Shown here: one piece after another, positions 36,301 to 46,879 of the stretch | Layout of the letters: each line of letters begins with the position of its first letter | How positions within the stretch are numbered: the stretch's first letter is position 1 | Origin: Anaerolineae bacterium | GTDB taxonomy: Bacteria; Chloroflexota; Anaerolineae; UBA1429 | DNA length: 64,000 nucleotides | Direction of reading: 5' to 3' | NCBI GenBank assembly: GCA_963675785.1 | Contig: OY776562.1 | Location: forward strand, 1,888,001 to 1,952,000 | Notes under the pieces: generated by a model | The model's database searches: none | What the model saw: the letters and a program-made list of their open reading frames with translations, nothing else | What the model was told of the DNA's origin: nothing | Translations under genes and position numbers: made by a program

Positions 36301-39237
36301 ATGGAAAATCGACCCAAACCTAGCAAGCTTGCCAAGTTCCTGCAAAGCAAGCGAACCCAGCAAATCATCGAGTTCGTGCTGGTACCCCTGCTTCTCCTAT
36401 CGTCCTTATTCCTTCCCCCTGCAGCCTTGGGTGATAGGCTCTTTCACTGGGATCACACTCTCGCCAAGGCCGGTCAAGACACCGTGATTGACGGTCCTGA
36501 TGGTGTCAGTTTGGCAATAGCCAGCGCAGATGCCACCGGAAAATGTCGATTGTTGGTAGAAACTGTCGGCGAGGATATCCCAGGTGCAGACCGTGATGGT
36601 AGTCTTTTTGTTACTGCCGCCACAACAGGCGCCGCTTCTGACTATGCTGATGACAGCGTCGAGATCATCGCAGCAGAAGCCATGCCCTCTGACCTTGATA
36701 TCAGCAGCGCCATTTACCATGTCAGCCTTTATGGTAATGAGCCAGACGCCAGCACGATCACACTCCCCCTTGATGACTCGGAAATTGAATTGACAGATGT
36801 CTACGTTTGGGAAGATGGGGCCTGGACGTGGGTACCTTCGTCCTATAGTGACGAAACGATAAGCGCAACAGTAAGCGGTGTTCCAGAGCTGGTTATGACC
36901 ACTCAAGCCGCTTCAACCGTATTGAGCTTGAGCGCGGATAGCTCTGAAGCCGCCTCAGCAATCGGTGCGCGCACCATCTTTGCGGCGAGTGTTGCCATTG
37001 ATGAAACCGGTAGCGTCGTTGACGAGATCTCGGCTGCGCCCGAGGGCGTTCAGGCTATGCTGACCATCAACAACGTCATCGATGGTGTGGTTCGCAGCGA
37101 TCTCATCACCAATCTCATCTCAAACCCAGATAACGTAAGCGCAGCCGTTGCCAGCCTGGTTAACACCTGTAAAGCAGCCGGCTATGAAGGGCTCGAGTTG
37201 AATCTCGACGGCCTAAGCGCGGATCTGGCCGATGAATATGTGGCTTTTGTCTCATCTCTGGCAGATGCACTGCATGAGCAAGGCCTAGTGCTAGCAATCA
37301 ACCTGGATGAAGAGCAAACCAACTATGATTGGCAGGCACTCGGTGCAGTGGCAGATGCCATTCGTATCCCCTTGATGACCACAGATGTTGCCGACTTTAG
37401 CCCCACAGGCAAAGCCGAAACATTCATGACCTGGGCAACGCATCAGGTCAATCGATCCAAGGTTGAGCTGGTATTCTCAGCCGATGCGGCTATCGTATCT
37501 GATTCTGCAGTGAACTATACAAGTTACTATGATGCCCTGCTCCTCCTCGGCTCCGAACTTGCGCTGGACAATAGCAACGGGCTCTATGAACCCGGTGATA
37601 CCATCATCGTGACCATGGCCGATGTAGAATCCAACGCCCTGTTCTATGATGAAGAATCGCTCACCTATTATTTCAATAATGGCGACGATACGGTCATCCT
37701 GGAGACAGGTTCCAGTATGAGTCGGAAACTCAATCTGCTAAGCCAATTCGCTGTAGCGGGTCTCGGCCTTGAAGATTGGGCGGAGGACGCCAGCGATCCA
37801 GATATAGTTGTGGCGCTGGACACCTACACCGACGATATTGCCGTCAGCGCGGCTCAGTACGCCATGATCTATACCCTTTCAGAGCAAGACAGTGCCGAAC
37901 CTGAAGCCACTGTTGTAGCACAGTTGACAGATCCCGAGCAGAGCTGGACAGCGCCGAATAATCCGGGCGAATATGTTATCAGTGCACTCATCTCTACTGA
38001 TGGTGGTGAAACGGCGCTCGAAGCGGTTGCTACAGCAGAGTTCATCGTGCCATCGCCCACGCCTTCGCCAACGCCAACCAACACACCGACCCTGACTCCT
38101 GTGCCAACGGCGGCGGCGTCAACATCGTCGGGTTCTAGCTCAGGTTCTGACGCCACCACGGCGCCAGTTGCCACAGCGGTGCCTTCGTACGGTTCCACCG
38201 GAAATTATTTCGGCTACGGCATCCAGGCAGACTTGATCACCGATACAAACTATGATCGTACCCTGGGTGCAGTTTCGGATATCGGCTTTAACTGGGTCAA
38301 ACAACAAGTTGAATGGTTCCGCTACAACCCCTCACCAGGTGTTTATGATTGGGGTGCCCTAGACGCCATTGTCGATCAGGCCAATGCCCGCGGCATCAAC
38401 ATCCTCTTTAGTGTCGTCAAAGCCCCCTCCTGGGCACGACCAGCTGGCGACACCGATCAGGGGCCTCCTTCTGACCCTGCAACCTATGCGACATTTATGC
38501 GTGAATTGGCTGCTCGATATGCTGGCCGTGTTCAAGCTTATGAAATCTGGAACGAGCAGAATCTTTACTATGAGTGGGGCGGATTGGGCAACAAGCTCAA
38601 TGCGGCCAACTATGTCGAATTGCTCAAGGCTGCCTATAGTGCTGTCAAATCTGTAGATTCCAGTGCAGTGGTGATATCCGGTGCACTAACACCGACCGGC
38701 GTCAATGATGGCAATATCGCCATCGATGACCGCGCCTATCTGGAACAGATGTATCAGGCGGGCCTCAGGTACTATTGCGATGCCGTCGGAGCACATCCCA
38801 GCGGGTATAACAACCCACCAGATGCCGATTGGCAGACCTACTCTGATCCGTCGACGAGCGCTTGCAAAGGCCATCCGTCATGGTTCTTCCGCGGCACCAT
38901 GGAAAGCTACCGAAACATCATGGTCGCCTATGGAGACTCGAGTAAACGTGTCTGGGTTACCGAGTTCGGCTGGGCAACTGTAGATGGTTTGGGCGTCTCA
39001 CCGGCAACAGGTTATGAATACGCCTCGGATAACACCGAAGCTGAACAGGCAGCTTTTATCGTGCAAGCCTATCAATTGGGTAAATCGTGGGGTTGGGTCG
39101 GGCCCATGTTCCTTTGGAATCTCAACTTTGCGCCAGTAGCCGGTAATGCGGATGAAAAAGCTGCCTTTGGCATCGTTCGCGGTGACTGGAGTGCACGCGC
39201 CGCATACAGCGCTTTGCGCGATATGGCCAAGTGGTAG
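36301..39237 (+). CDS. Membrane-anchored multidomain protein: degenerate GH18-like barrel plus a clan GH-A (GH5/GH39-like) catalytic domain
   Basis: N-terminal TM; AGYEGLELNLD and SMSRKLNLL..FAVAG (GH18-like); P/T/S linker; WVKQQVEW, IWNEQN, VWVTEFGW. Confidence 0.75.
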   Translation: MENRPKPSKLAKFLQSKRTQQIIEFVLVPLLLLSSLFLPPAALGDRLFHWDHTLAKAGQDTVIDGPDGVSLAIASADATGKCRLLVETVGEDIPGADRDGSLFVTAATTGAASDYADDSVEIIAAEAMPSDLDISSAIYHVSLYGNEPDASTITLPLDDSEIELTDVYVWEDGAWTWVPSSYSDETISATVSGVPELVMTTQAASTVLSLSADSSEAASAIGARTIFAASVAIDETGSVVDEISAAPEGVQAMLTINNVIDGVVRSDLITNLISNPDNVSAAVASLVNTCKAAGYEGLELNLDGLSADLADEYVAFVSSLADALHEQGLVLAINLDEEQTNYDWQALGAVADAIRIPLMTTDVADFSPTGKAETFMTWATHQVNRSKVELVFSADAAIVSDSAVNYTSYYDALLLLGSELALDNSNGLYEPGDTIIVTMADVESNALFYDEESLTYYFNNGDDTVILETGSSMSRKLNLLSQFAVAGLGLEDWAEDASDPDIVVALDTYTDDIAVSAAQYAMIYTLSEQDSAEPEATVVAQLTDPEQSWTAPNNPGEYVISALISTDGGETALEAVATAEFIVPSPTPSPTPTNTPTLTPVPTAAASTSSGSSSGSDATTAPVATAVPSYGSTGNYFGYGIQADLITDTNYDRTLGAVSDIGFNWVKQQVEWFRYNPSPGVYDWGALDAIVDQANARGINILFSVVKAPSWARPAGDTDQGPPSDPATYATFMRELAARYAGRVQAYEIWNEQNLYYEWGGLGNKLNAANYVELLKAAYSAVKSVDSSAVVISGALTPTGVNDGNIAIDDRAYLEQMYQAGLRYYCDAVGAHPSGYNNPPDADWQTYSDPSTSACKGHPSWFFRGTMESYRNIMVAYGDSSKRVWVTEFGWATVDGLGVSPATGYEYASDNTEAEQAAFIVQAYQLGKSWGWVGPMFLWNLNFAPVAGNADEKAAFGIVRGDWSARAAYSALRDMAKW

Positions 39238-39255
39238 GAACCTTTTAGCCCCTCT

Positions 39256-39289
39256 GAGCGTCAGGATGCCTGCGGGTATCCTGACGCTC
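39256..39289. other. Intergenic stem-loop (mRNA stabiliser or terminator)
   Basis: GAGCGTCAGGATGCC-tgc-GGGTATCCTGACGCTC. Confidence 0.55.
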
Positions 39290-39338
39290 GCACCGGGAGC
39301 CACCCTCACCCCTCCCACACCCCAAAGGAGAATAGAGA

Positions 39339-40646
39339 ATGAATCGTCCGCTGCGGGCTGCACAATCTGTGCTGCTCGTCGTGCTCGCTCTCGTAATGAT
39401 TGGCTGTAGCGCTGCGACGGCAACCTCCGAGCCGACAGAATCCGCTGAAACAGTCAATACGCCTTTGCCAACCTTTACCCCTCAAGTCTCAGAGACAACG
39501 ACTGCCGCAGAAACCAGCATTCCTGCTGAAACAGTCGTGACAGAGGCCACAGAAGTATCAACGACCAATCCCGATGCAGTTAACATCAATGCTCCCATGC
39601 CCGAAGTCAAGTCTCTCACCATGGATTCGCCCGAATACGGTATGCAAGCCTTTATGTGGTGGCGACCTGAAGTAGCCAGCCGCGACTTGCAAGCAATTCG
39701 CGATGCGGGATTTGGTTGGGTCAAGGTGGGCTTTGGCTGGCGTGATATCGAAGGGGCCGGCAAGGGCATTTATGACTGGTCACATACGGATGCCATCGTA
39801 GAGATGGCCAACGCCGAGGGGATTGACCTGGTAGTACGCATCGATAATCAGCCTGAGTGGGCCGGGGGTAACTATCCTCTCAACGGACCCCCAGACGACT
39901 ATCAGGATCTGGCCGACTTTTTGACTGCGCTGGCGACTCGTTACGAGGGCCGTATTCGCGCCTATGAAGTGTGGAATGAGCCCAACCTGAGCCGGGAATG
40001 GGGTGGAAACGAACCGGATCCAGGGGCATACATCGAGATGCTGGGGATGGCCTATGACGCCATCAAAGCGGCTGATCCCAACGCCATGGTCATCTCGGCA
40101 GGGCTTTCTCCCACGGCAACATGGAATGAAGATGCCCGTCCCGATGAATGGTATCTTGCTTCTATGTACGAGGCTATGAACAAGAATAGCGACGGCTATT
40201 TTGATGTGTTGGGGGCGCATGGTGCTGGTTTTGCTTCGGCACCAGAAATTGACCCCGAGGTCGTGGCCAACGACCCTGATCTCGGCGGCAACGCCGTATT
40301 CGCCTTTCGCCATGTAGAGGCACTACGACAGATTATGGTGGATTACGGTGATGAAGACAAGCAGATGGCTTTGCTCGAATTTGGTTGGACTAGTGATCCC
40401 CGACCAGATTCGGACTATTATTGGCATGCTGTAAGCGAAGAGACCAAGGCGGACTATTTGGTCCGTGCGTACGAGTATGCCCAGGAAAATTGGTCCCCAT
40501 GGATGGGGCTCATGTCGCTCATTTATATGTGCGACCCCGACTGGACCGAAGAGGACGAACAGTACTGGTGGGCTATCACCTATCCAAGCTACCCAGAACT
40601 GAGCCCAAGACCGGCCTACACGGCCCTGGCGGCGATGGCAAAGTAA
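39339..40646 (+). CDS. Clan GH-A glycoside hydrolase lipoprotein (GH5/GH39-like)
   Basis: Lipobox MIGC, T/E linker, WVKVGFGW, VWNEPN, LLEFGW. Confidence 0.82.
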   Translation: MNRPLRAAQSVLLVVLALVMIGCSAATATSEPTESAETVNTPLPTFTPQVSETTTAAETSIPAETVVTEATEVSTTNPDAVNINAPMPEVKSLTMDSPEYGMQAFMWWRPEVASRDLQAIRDAGFGWVKVGFGWRDIEGAGKGIYDWSHTDAIVEMANAEGIDLVVRIDNQPEWAGGNYPLNGPPDDYQDLADFLTALATRYEGRIRAYEVWNEPNLSREWGGNEPDPGAYIEMLGMAYDAIKAADPNAMVISAGLSPTATWNEDARPDEWYLASMYEAMNKNSDGYFDVLGAHGAGFASAPEIDPEVVANDPDLGGNAVFAFRHVEALRQIMVDYGDEDKQMALLEFGWTSDPRPDSDYYWHAVSEETKADYLVRAYEYAQENWSPWMGLMSLIYMCDPDWTEEDEQYWWAITYPSYPELSPRPAYTALAAMAK

Positions 40647-40695
40647 AAAGGGCTGGTCAGAACCGTTCATCGGGCTCTGACCAGTTCTTCGCACT

Positions 40696-40724
40696 TTGAC
40701 AACTGCCCCTGCCCCGTATATCCT
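40696..40724 (+). promoter_or_regulatory. Sigma70 promoter of murA-mreB
   Basis: TTGACA-17-TATCCT, just after a hairpin at about 40653-40684. Confidence 0.65.
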
Positions 40725-40776
40725 CTAGTTTGTGATAATCGGGCACTACCCGATGCAAATCTGTTAGGATTAGGAA

Positions 40777-42105
40777 ATGCCGATAATTATCGAGGGCAAA
40801 CAACCTCTATCGGGCAAAGTAGAGATCAACGGCGCCAAGAACGCCGCTCTACCCATCATTGCTGCTACACTGCTCACCTCCGATGAGTGCCTTCTCGAAA
40901 ATGTCCCTTTTATAGAAGATATCCGCAACCTTGTGCGCGTACTGCACCATATGGGTGTTGCTGCCCGCTTTGAGGGGCCAAACCGATTACGCATCAAGGC
41001 CACACGCATCTCAGATGCCAGTCTGCCAACAGAATTGGCCCTCAAGATGCGCGCCAGTTTCTTGATCGTCGGCCCTCTACTGGCACGTTTTGGTCAAGCC
41101 ATGGCCCCCCACCCCGGTGGATGTTCTATCGGCCAACGACCTGTCAGCGTGGATCTCAAAGGCTTTCAAACAATGGGTGCCCAATTGGATACCCACGATG
41201 GCGCCTATCACATCACTGCACCGCGGCTTTCTGGTGAGAGGCTGGTTTTGGATTATCCCAGCCATACCGGTACAGAGAACCTCATTATGGCTGCTTGTTT
41301 GGCGAACGGTACCACGATCATTGAAAATGCATCCATCGAGCCCGAAGTATCGGACTTGACCGCCTTTTTGTGCGCCATGGGCGCCCGTATCTATGGTGCA
41401 GGCACCCCCATCATTCGCATCGATGGCGTACCCAAACTGCACGGCGCTGTTTTCAGCGTCATGCCAGACCGCATGGAAGCCGGAACCTTTGCATTAGCGG
41501 GCGTCGTTTCTGGTGGCAAAGTGAGTATGGATGCCTGGGTGGCCCAATGGATGGGTGCCATGAACCAAAAGCTTCGTGAGGCTGGCGCCGAGGTGACCAT
41601 AGACGACGAACTCTACACCGTGTCTGCGCCCAAGCCGCTCAGTGGCGTAAGCATCCAAACCTATCCTTATCCCGGATTTCCCACCGACTTGCAGGCGCCT
41701 TTTGCACTCGCCATGACGCAGGCCTGGGGAGAAAGCACCATCTTTGAGACCATGTTTGACGGTCGTCTGGAATACGTCAAGCAGCTGCGAAACATGGGAG
41801 CAAAAATCGATACACCCAATGGCCGCATGGCTGTTGTGCATGGACCTACACCGTTGCACGGCACTTTGGTACAGGCGCTGGATATTCGCTCGGGTGCAGC
41901 GCTGGTGTTGGCTGGGTTAGCAGCCGAGGGCACCACAACCATCAATAATGTCGTCTATATCGACAGAGGCTACCAAGAGATTGACAGAAAACTTGCCAGT
42001 CTGGGAGCCAGCGTCCGCCGCGTTAGTGAAGCCAACCATGATGCACCGTCCAACCAGTACTCGGAACCCATCGAATGGGGTACGGTGCAGTATGGGTCGC
42101 ATTAA
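40777..42105 (+). CDS. murA: UDP-N-acetylglucosamine 1-carboxyvinyltransferase
   Basis: GAKNAALP, MRAS, PGGCSIGQRP, YPGFPTDLQ, DIRSGAA, IDRGY. Confidence 0.96.
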   Translation: MPIIIEGKQPLSGKVEINGAKNAALPIIAATLLTSDECLLENVPFIEDIRNLVRVLHHMGVAARFEGPNRLRIKATRISDASLPTELALKMRASFLIVGPLLARFGQAMAPHPGGCSIGQRPVSVDLKGFQTMGAQLDTHDGAYHITAPRLSGERLVLDYPSHTGTENLIMAACLANGTTIIENASIEPEVSDLTAFLCAMGARIYGAGTPIIRIDGVPKLHGAVFSVMPDRMEAGTFALAGVVSGGKVSMDAWVAQWMGAMNQKLREAGAEVTIDDELYTVSAPKPLSGVSIQTYPYPGFPTDLQAPFALAMTQAWGESTIFETMFDGRLEYVKQLRNMGAKIDTPNGRMAVVHGPTPLHGTLVQALDIRSGAALVLAGLAAEGTTTINNVVYIDRGYQEIDRKLASLGASVRRVSEANHDAPSNQYSEPIEWGTVQYGSH

Positions 42106-42134
42106 GACCTATCATGTCATGATCAGGAGACCAT

Positions 42135-43148
42135 ATGTTCGGCAAGCAAATCGGGATTGATCTCGGCACCGTCAATGTGATTCTCTATGTACGCGGCAAG
42201 GGCATTGTGCTCAACGAGCCCTCTGTAGTAGCTATCTCACGGCTGGATAACCGCATCCTCGCCGTCGGCAATGAGGCCCGTGCCATGCTCGGCCGTACAC
42301 CTGAGACCATCGAAGTCGCCCGCCCAGTTCGAGACGGCGTCATCGCTGATTACGAGGTGACCGAGAGCATGCTGCGTTATTTTATCAGCAAGCTTTGCGG
42401 ACGCTTTGAGCGCCCCCCTGTAGTCATGCTCAGCGTTCCTGTGGGTGTAACAACGGTAGAAAGCCGCGCTGTGCGCGAGGCAGCCATTCAGGCAGGTGCT
42501 CGCGTCGCCCATCTCATCCCCGAGCCGCTTGCAGCCGCCCTTGGTGCCGATCTGCCCGTAGGTACACCTACAGGCAATATGGTGGTGAATATTGGCGGAG
42601 GAACCAGCGAAGCCGCCGTTATCTCCATGCACGGCATCGTCATCGCCAGCTCGGTACGCACCGCCGGAAACAAGTTTGATGAAGCCATTGCCAACTATGT
42701 GCGCCGCAAGTACAACCTCATTATCGGTGACCATACGGCGGAACAAATCAAGATCAACATCGGTTCGGCACTAGAGCTGGAAGAAGAGCTTTCTATGGAA
42801 GTTCGTGGTCGTGACCAGGTGGCCGGTTTACCGAGAACGATTACCCTCAACTCTTCCGAGACCACCGAGGCCTTGGCCGAGCCGTTGGGTATTGTGGCAG
42901 AAACAGTCAAGTCAGTGCTCGAACAAACACCGCCCGAACTGGCATCCGATATCATCGACCGGGGTATGGTAATGACTGGTGGCGGCGCCCTACTGCGTAA
43001 CTTGGACCGTTACCTCACCGTGCAGACGGGTATTCCTGCCCATGTGGCGGAAAATCCCATGCTTTGTACCGCCCTGGGGGCTGCTCGTGGCTTGGAGCGT
43101 CTGCCCATGCTACGCCGCGCAGTGCCGCTTGAAGGATTTCTTTCCTGA
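42135..43148 (+). CDS. mreB: Rod shape-determining protein MreB/Mbl
   Basis: [42 protein letters not shown]. Confidence 0.95.
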   Translation: MFGKQIGIDLGTVNVILYVRGKGIVLNEPSVVAISRLDNRILAVGNEARAMLGRTPETIEVARPVRDGVIADYEVTESMLRYFISKLCGRFERPPVVMLSVPVGVTTVESRAVREAAIQAGARVAHLIPEPLAAALGADLPVGTPTGNMVVNIGGGTSEAAVISMHGIVIASSVRTAGNKFDEAIANYVRRKYNLIIGDHTAEQIKINIGSALELEEELSMEVRGRDQVAGLPRTITLNSSETTEALAEPLGIVAETVKSVLEQTPPELASDIIDRGMVMTGGGALLRNLDRYLTVQTGIPAHVAENPMLCTALGAARGLERLPMLRRAVPLEGFLS

Positions 43149-43156
43149 ACCTATCG

Positions 43157-43190
43157 AAAAGGGGGCACCGTGTGGTGCCCCCTTTTTTTT
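43157..43190. terminator. Bidirectional terminator
   Basis: AAAAGGGGGCACC-gtgt-GGTGCCCCCTTTTTTTT. Confidence 0.88.
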
Positions 43191-43191
43191 A

Positions 43192-43800
43192 TTACTGCCC
43201 GGCAACAAGTTGCCTGATTTGCGCTAGGTCCGCGGGCGTGTTGATGTTTACAAATGACGTGAGGCCTGGATCAACCTCGACAAGCACCTCTTCATCAACT
43301 TTGCAAACACGCACATCCTCGTAAAAGCTCATCACCCGCTTGCGCCCTTTTTCCAGGCTAGCCGTAATTGCCGGTATGCAGCGCTGATGATATAGGGCGT
43401 GCAACGGTTCATAGCCCACCGCCAGATGTGGTACGACCACATCGCATTCTGCGCGATGGCCTGCTAGTAGATCAAGCACAGGGATCTGCACAAAGGGCAT
43501 ATCGCAGGCAACGACCAGGTTCCAATCGCGCTCTGATGCAGCTAACCCTGTGAGAATGCCGGCCAAAACGCCCTCATAGGGGTGTTGGTCAACGAGTACG
43601 CGAATACCAGAGATAGATAGGACTTGATCAGGCCGACCAACTACGACGACGTGCTCGGTCCATAACAAGATACGCCGGACAGCACGCTCCACGAGCGTTT
43701 CGCTGCCCAGCGTTACCGTGGCCTTGTCTTGGCCAAGCCGTTCCCCCAGGCCACCCGCGAGAACAATGGCACCGGGGTGTTGTGTATCCACAGAGGACAT
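43192..43800 (-). CDS. mobA: Molybdenum cofactor guanylyltransferase
   Basis: VLAGGLGERLGQDKA, GVLAGI, VACDMPF, EPLHALY, FVNINTPADL. Start approximate. Confidence 0.88.
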   Translation of the reverse strand: MSSVDTQHPGAIVLAGGLGERLGQDKATVTLGSETLVERAVRRILLWTEHVVVVGRPDQVLSISGIRVLVDQHPYEGVLAGILTGLAASERDWNLVVACDMPFVQIPVLDLLAGHRAECDVVVPHLAVGYEPLHALYHQRCIPAITASLEKGRKRVMSFYEDVRVCKVDEEVLVEVDPGLTSFVNINTPADLAQIRQLVAGQ

Positions 43801-43839
43801 AGAAAGGGAGAAGCAAAAGCTCTGCCCCTCCACTCAGTC

Positions 43840-44070
43840 CTACTTTTGGGATAAAAAGGAGACGGCATCTCCCACAGTGATGATGGCCTGAGCCTCTTCG
43901 TCCGAAATCTCGCCGCCAAACTCATCCTCGAAAGCCATGATAAGCTGTACGAGGTCGAGAGAGTCAGCCTTGAGATCCTTTCGGAAATCGGCCTCAGAAA
44001 CGACCTTGTCTTCTTCGACATCAAGCTGGTCTACGATGATTGCCTTAACGCGATCAAAAATCTCGTTCAC
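43840..44070 (-). CDS. acpP: Acyl carrier protein
   Basis: [21 protein letters not shown]; promoter TTGACG-17-TATAAT at 44143-44115. Confidence 0.95.
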   Translation of the reverse strand: MNEIFDRVKAIIVDQLDVEEDKVVSEADFRKDLKADSLDLVQLIMAFEDEFGGEISDEEAQAIITVGDAVSFLSQK

Positions 44071-44318
44071 TGGAACCCCTCCACTCAGGCTGATTGGTAC
44101 GCCGAGACCGCAAAATTATAGCACTGGGAGCCAAGAGCGTCAATGAATCACCCCCCTTACCTTTCCTAGAAACACAAAACCCTTCAAATGGTTGCGCCTG
44201 AGTGAAAATTGACACATCGATGCTAGCATGATAACATCCCGTTGCTTAGAGTTGTAGCAGATCCTTGTACATTCATGTCTTTCATCCAGATTTCGATTTT
44301 TGCAAAGAGAGGCTCACC

Positions 44319-45314
44319 ATGCAGGTGATCATCCCGCTGGCGGGATTCGGCACAAGGTTGCGCCCTCAGACTTTTAGCAAGCCAAAACCGCTCATTAACG
44401 TTGCTGGCAAACCTGTGCTGGCTCATATTTTGGACAAGCTGATTGAACTAGATGACCTCGAAGATGTCATCTTTATTGTGGGATATCTCGGCGAGCAGAT
44501 CGAAGCGTACGTTCGCCAAAACTATACCTTCAAATCTCACTTTCGCGAACAAAAGCAGCTTTTAGGCCAAGCACACGCCATTGATCTGGCGCGAGATTTG
44601 ATTCATGGGCCAATACTGATTATCTTTGTGGATACAATCTTTGAAGCTGACCTGAGCGATCTTGAAGAGATGAAAAGCGACGGCGCTATTTTTTGCAAGC
44701 GTGTCGAAGACCCTCGACGCTTTGGTGTGGTCGAGTTAGGCAAAGACGGTTATGTCACCCGGTATATTGAAAAGCCGGAGACGGTCGAGAATGATTTGGC
44801 GACCATCGGCCTGTACTATCTTCAAGATGGTCAGCGTTTGATGCAAGCGGTTCATCAGCTCATTGAAGAAGATCACCAGACCAAAGGTGAATACTATTTG
44901 GCCGATGCCCTGCAGATTATGATTGATCAGGGTGCCAAGTTAGAGGCACGAACGGTCAAAGTCTGGCAGGATTGCGGCAAGCCCGAAACTGTGTTGGCTA
45001 CAAATCGCTATCTATTGGATAACGGTGCGGGAAATGTTCAAGAGGGGCATCTTAACGGCGCACTGGTGATTCCACCAGTGTACGTGGCCCCAACGGCTGT
45101 TATCGAACGCTCGGTTATTGGGCCCTATGTAACCATTGCCGATGGCTGCCATGTGCAAGATACCGTGATCTCGGATTCGATCATCGATTCTGAGGCGACC
45201 GTCAAGGGTCTGGTGCTCAAGAACTCTTTGATTGGGCGAGCCGCCCGATTGTGCGGCTCGAACAAGACGGTCAATGTTGGCGACAGCTCTGTAGTAGATT
45301 GGGCTGACGATTAA
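44319..45314 (+). CDS. Sugar-phosphate nucleotidyltransferase with a C-terminal left-handed beta-helix
   Basis: LAGFGTRLRPQT..KPKPL, FGVV, EKP, WQDCG; hexapeptide repeats. Confidence 0.9.
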   Translation: MQVIIPLAGFGTRLRPQTFSKPKPLINVAGKPVLAHILDKLIELDDLEDVIFIVGYLGEQIEAYVRQNYTFKSHFREQKQLLGQAHAIDLARDLIHGPILIIFVDTIFEADLSDLEEMKSDGAIFCKRVEDPRRFGVVELGKDGYVTRYIEKPETVENDLATIGLYYLQDGQRLMQAVHQLIEEDHQTKGEYYLADALQIMIDQGAKLEARTVKVWQDCGKPETVLATNRYLLDNGAGNVQEGHLNGALVIPPVYVAPTAVIERSVIGPYVTIADGCHVQDTVISDSIIDSEATVKGLVLKNSLIGRAARLCGSNKTVNVGDSSVVDWADD

Positions 45315-45384
45315 GTGCCGATCCAGGCTATGCTTCGGCTGGCCTATTCATAGATCGAGACCAAAATGAGAGGGGGTGATCAGA

Positions 45385-45585
45385 GTGACCCAGGTAGTAA
45401 GGGAACAGGGAGAAAGTATTGAGCGGCTGATGAAGCGCTTCAAGAAGGCCCTGCAAGAGGACAAAGTCCTCTCGACATATCGTCGTAACACGTTTTACGA
45501 AAAGCCCTCTCAAGCGCGCAAGCGCGATGCAGCAGCCAAGCTGCGTAAAAGCCGACAGACCACACGGAAGAACATGGCCGAGTAA
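45385..45585 (+). CDS. rpsU: 30S ribosomal protein S21
   Basis: GESIERLMKRFKK, FYEKPSQARKR; GTG start at 45385 (or 45376). Confidence 0.9.
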   Translation: MTQVVREQGESIERLMKRFKKALQEDKVLSTYRRNTFYEKPSQARKRDAAAKLRKSRQTTRKNMAE

Positions 45586-45612
45586 GGTTTGGCTGAATCA
45601 AGAGGCAAAAAC

Positions 45613-45641
45613 AAAGGCCTCCGCAAAATGCGGAGGCCTTT
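45613..45641. terminator. Bidirectional terminator
   Basis: AAAGGCCTCCGC-aaaat-GCGGAGGCCTTT. Confidence 0.85.
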
Positions 45642-45653
45642 CGTTATGTAAAT

Positions 45654-46814
45654 TTAGAGACAGTTCTGGTAAGCGGCACCTTGTCCCAATACCTCATCAA
45701 GAACTGTCATCCATTCACTGATGACGATGTTTTGAGGGCACTTGTCTTCGCAAATACGACAGGCGATACAGGCGCTAGCCCGCTTTTCCGCAGGCATATG
45801 TTCGTTATAGCGAGTCCGCGAACGATCTTCTTCCGAGAACATCAACCCTTCATTATAGATGGCAAAGTTCCCGGGAATATCTACCCCGTTAGGGCAAGGC
45901 ATGCAGTATTCACACTTTGTACATGGAATGGGGCACAAAGTGGCAAAGGCATCGCGGGCAGCCTCTATCACGGCCACATCCTTCGCCGAAAGTGATCCTG
46001 CTCCAGAGGTTTCGGCAGAAGCCACGTTCTGCTGCACCTGCTCCATGGTGCTCATGCCTGAAAGAACCACCGAAACTTCGGGTTGGTTCCACAACCACTG
46101 CAAGGCCCAATCGACGGGGGACGCTTGCTTTGAGCCCTGCGCAAACTGTCCCAAAACCGCTTGCGGCGGATTGGCCAGGCGACCGCCCAACAAGGGCTCC
46201 ATTACCACCACAGCCAGGCCTTTATCAGCGGCATATTTCAGCCCTTCTGTGCCCGCTTGATAGTCCTCGTTCATATAGTTGTACTGAATCTGACAGAAAT
46301 CCCAATGGGGATAATAATCCACGATCTCCTTGAACACAGCTCGCTCATCATGGAAAGAAAAGCCCAAATGCCTGATCTTGCCTTCGGCCAAGCGCTTTTC
46401 TAGCCAGTCAAACACACCCCAATCGAGCATCTGCAGCCAACTACGCTTGCCCAGGCCGTGTAAAAGATAGAAATCGATGTGGTCGGTTTGCAGCTTGGAT
46501 AGCTGCGTTGCCAAAAAACCGTCCATCTCGTCAGCAGACTTGAGCAGACGCGGCGTCAGTTTACTAGCCACATGCACGCGCTCGCGATAGCCATCCTGCA
46601 GAGCTTTGCCCAAGGCAATCTCACTGTAACCACTGTGATAGGTTGCCGCCGTATCGACATAGTTCACACCATGATCGATAGCCCAGCGAATCATGCGGAT
46701 AGCCTCAGTCTCATCAATATGCGTTGGTTCACCGTCAATGATGGGCAAACGCATACAGCCAAAACCCAAAGCAGATGGCTGGAAATCCAACTTGCCGAAA
46801 TTACGATACTGCAC
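45654..46814 (-). CDS. Aldo/keto reductase with a C-terminal 2[4Fe-4S] ferredoxin domain (paralog 3)
   Basis: SALGFGCMRLP, YVDTA, FYLLHG, GFSFH; CTKCEYCMPC and CIACRICEDKC. Confidence 0.92.
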   Translation of the reverse strand: MQYRNFGKLDFQPSALGFGCMRLPIIDGEPTHIDETEAIRMIRWAIDHGVNYVDTAATYHSGYSEIALGKALQDGYRERVHVASKLTPRLLKSADEMDGFLATQLSKLQTDHIDFYLLHGLGKRSWLQMLDWGVFDWLEKRLAEGKIRHLGFSFHDERAVFKEIVDYYPHWDFCQIQYNYMNEDYQAGTEGLKYAADKGLAVVVMEPLLGGRLANPPQAVLGQFAQGSKQASPVDWALQWLWNQPEVSVVLSGMSTMEQVQQNVASAETSGAGSLSAKDVAVIEAARDAFATLCPIPCTKCEYCMPCPNGVDIPGNFAIYNEGLMFSEEDRSRTRYNEHMPAEKRASACIACRICEDKCPQNIVISEWMTVLDEVLGQGAAYQNCL

Positions 46815-46879
46815 GATACAATCTCCTCCAGAACACGATGACGCCGCAGAAGCAGCGTCATCGCTCTTGATACGTCAAT

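Noticed and set aside
43192-44070. acpP-mobA as a functional pair
   Set aside because: A terminator-like hairpin follows acpP; the adjacency is probably incidental
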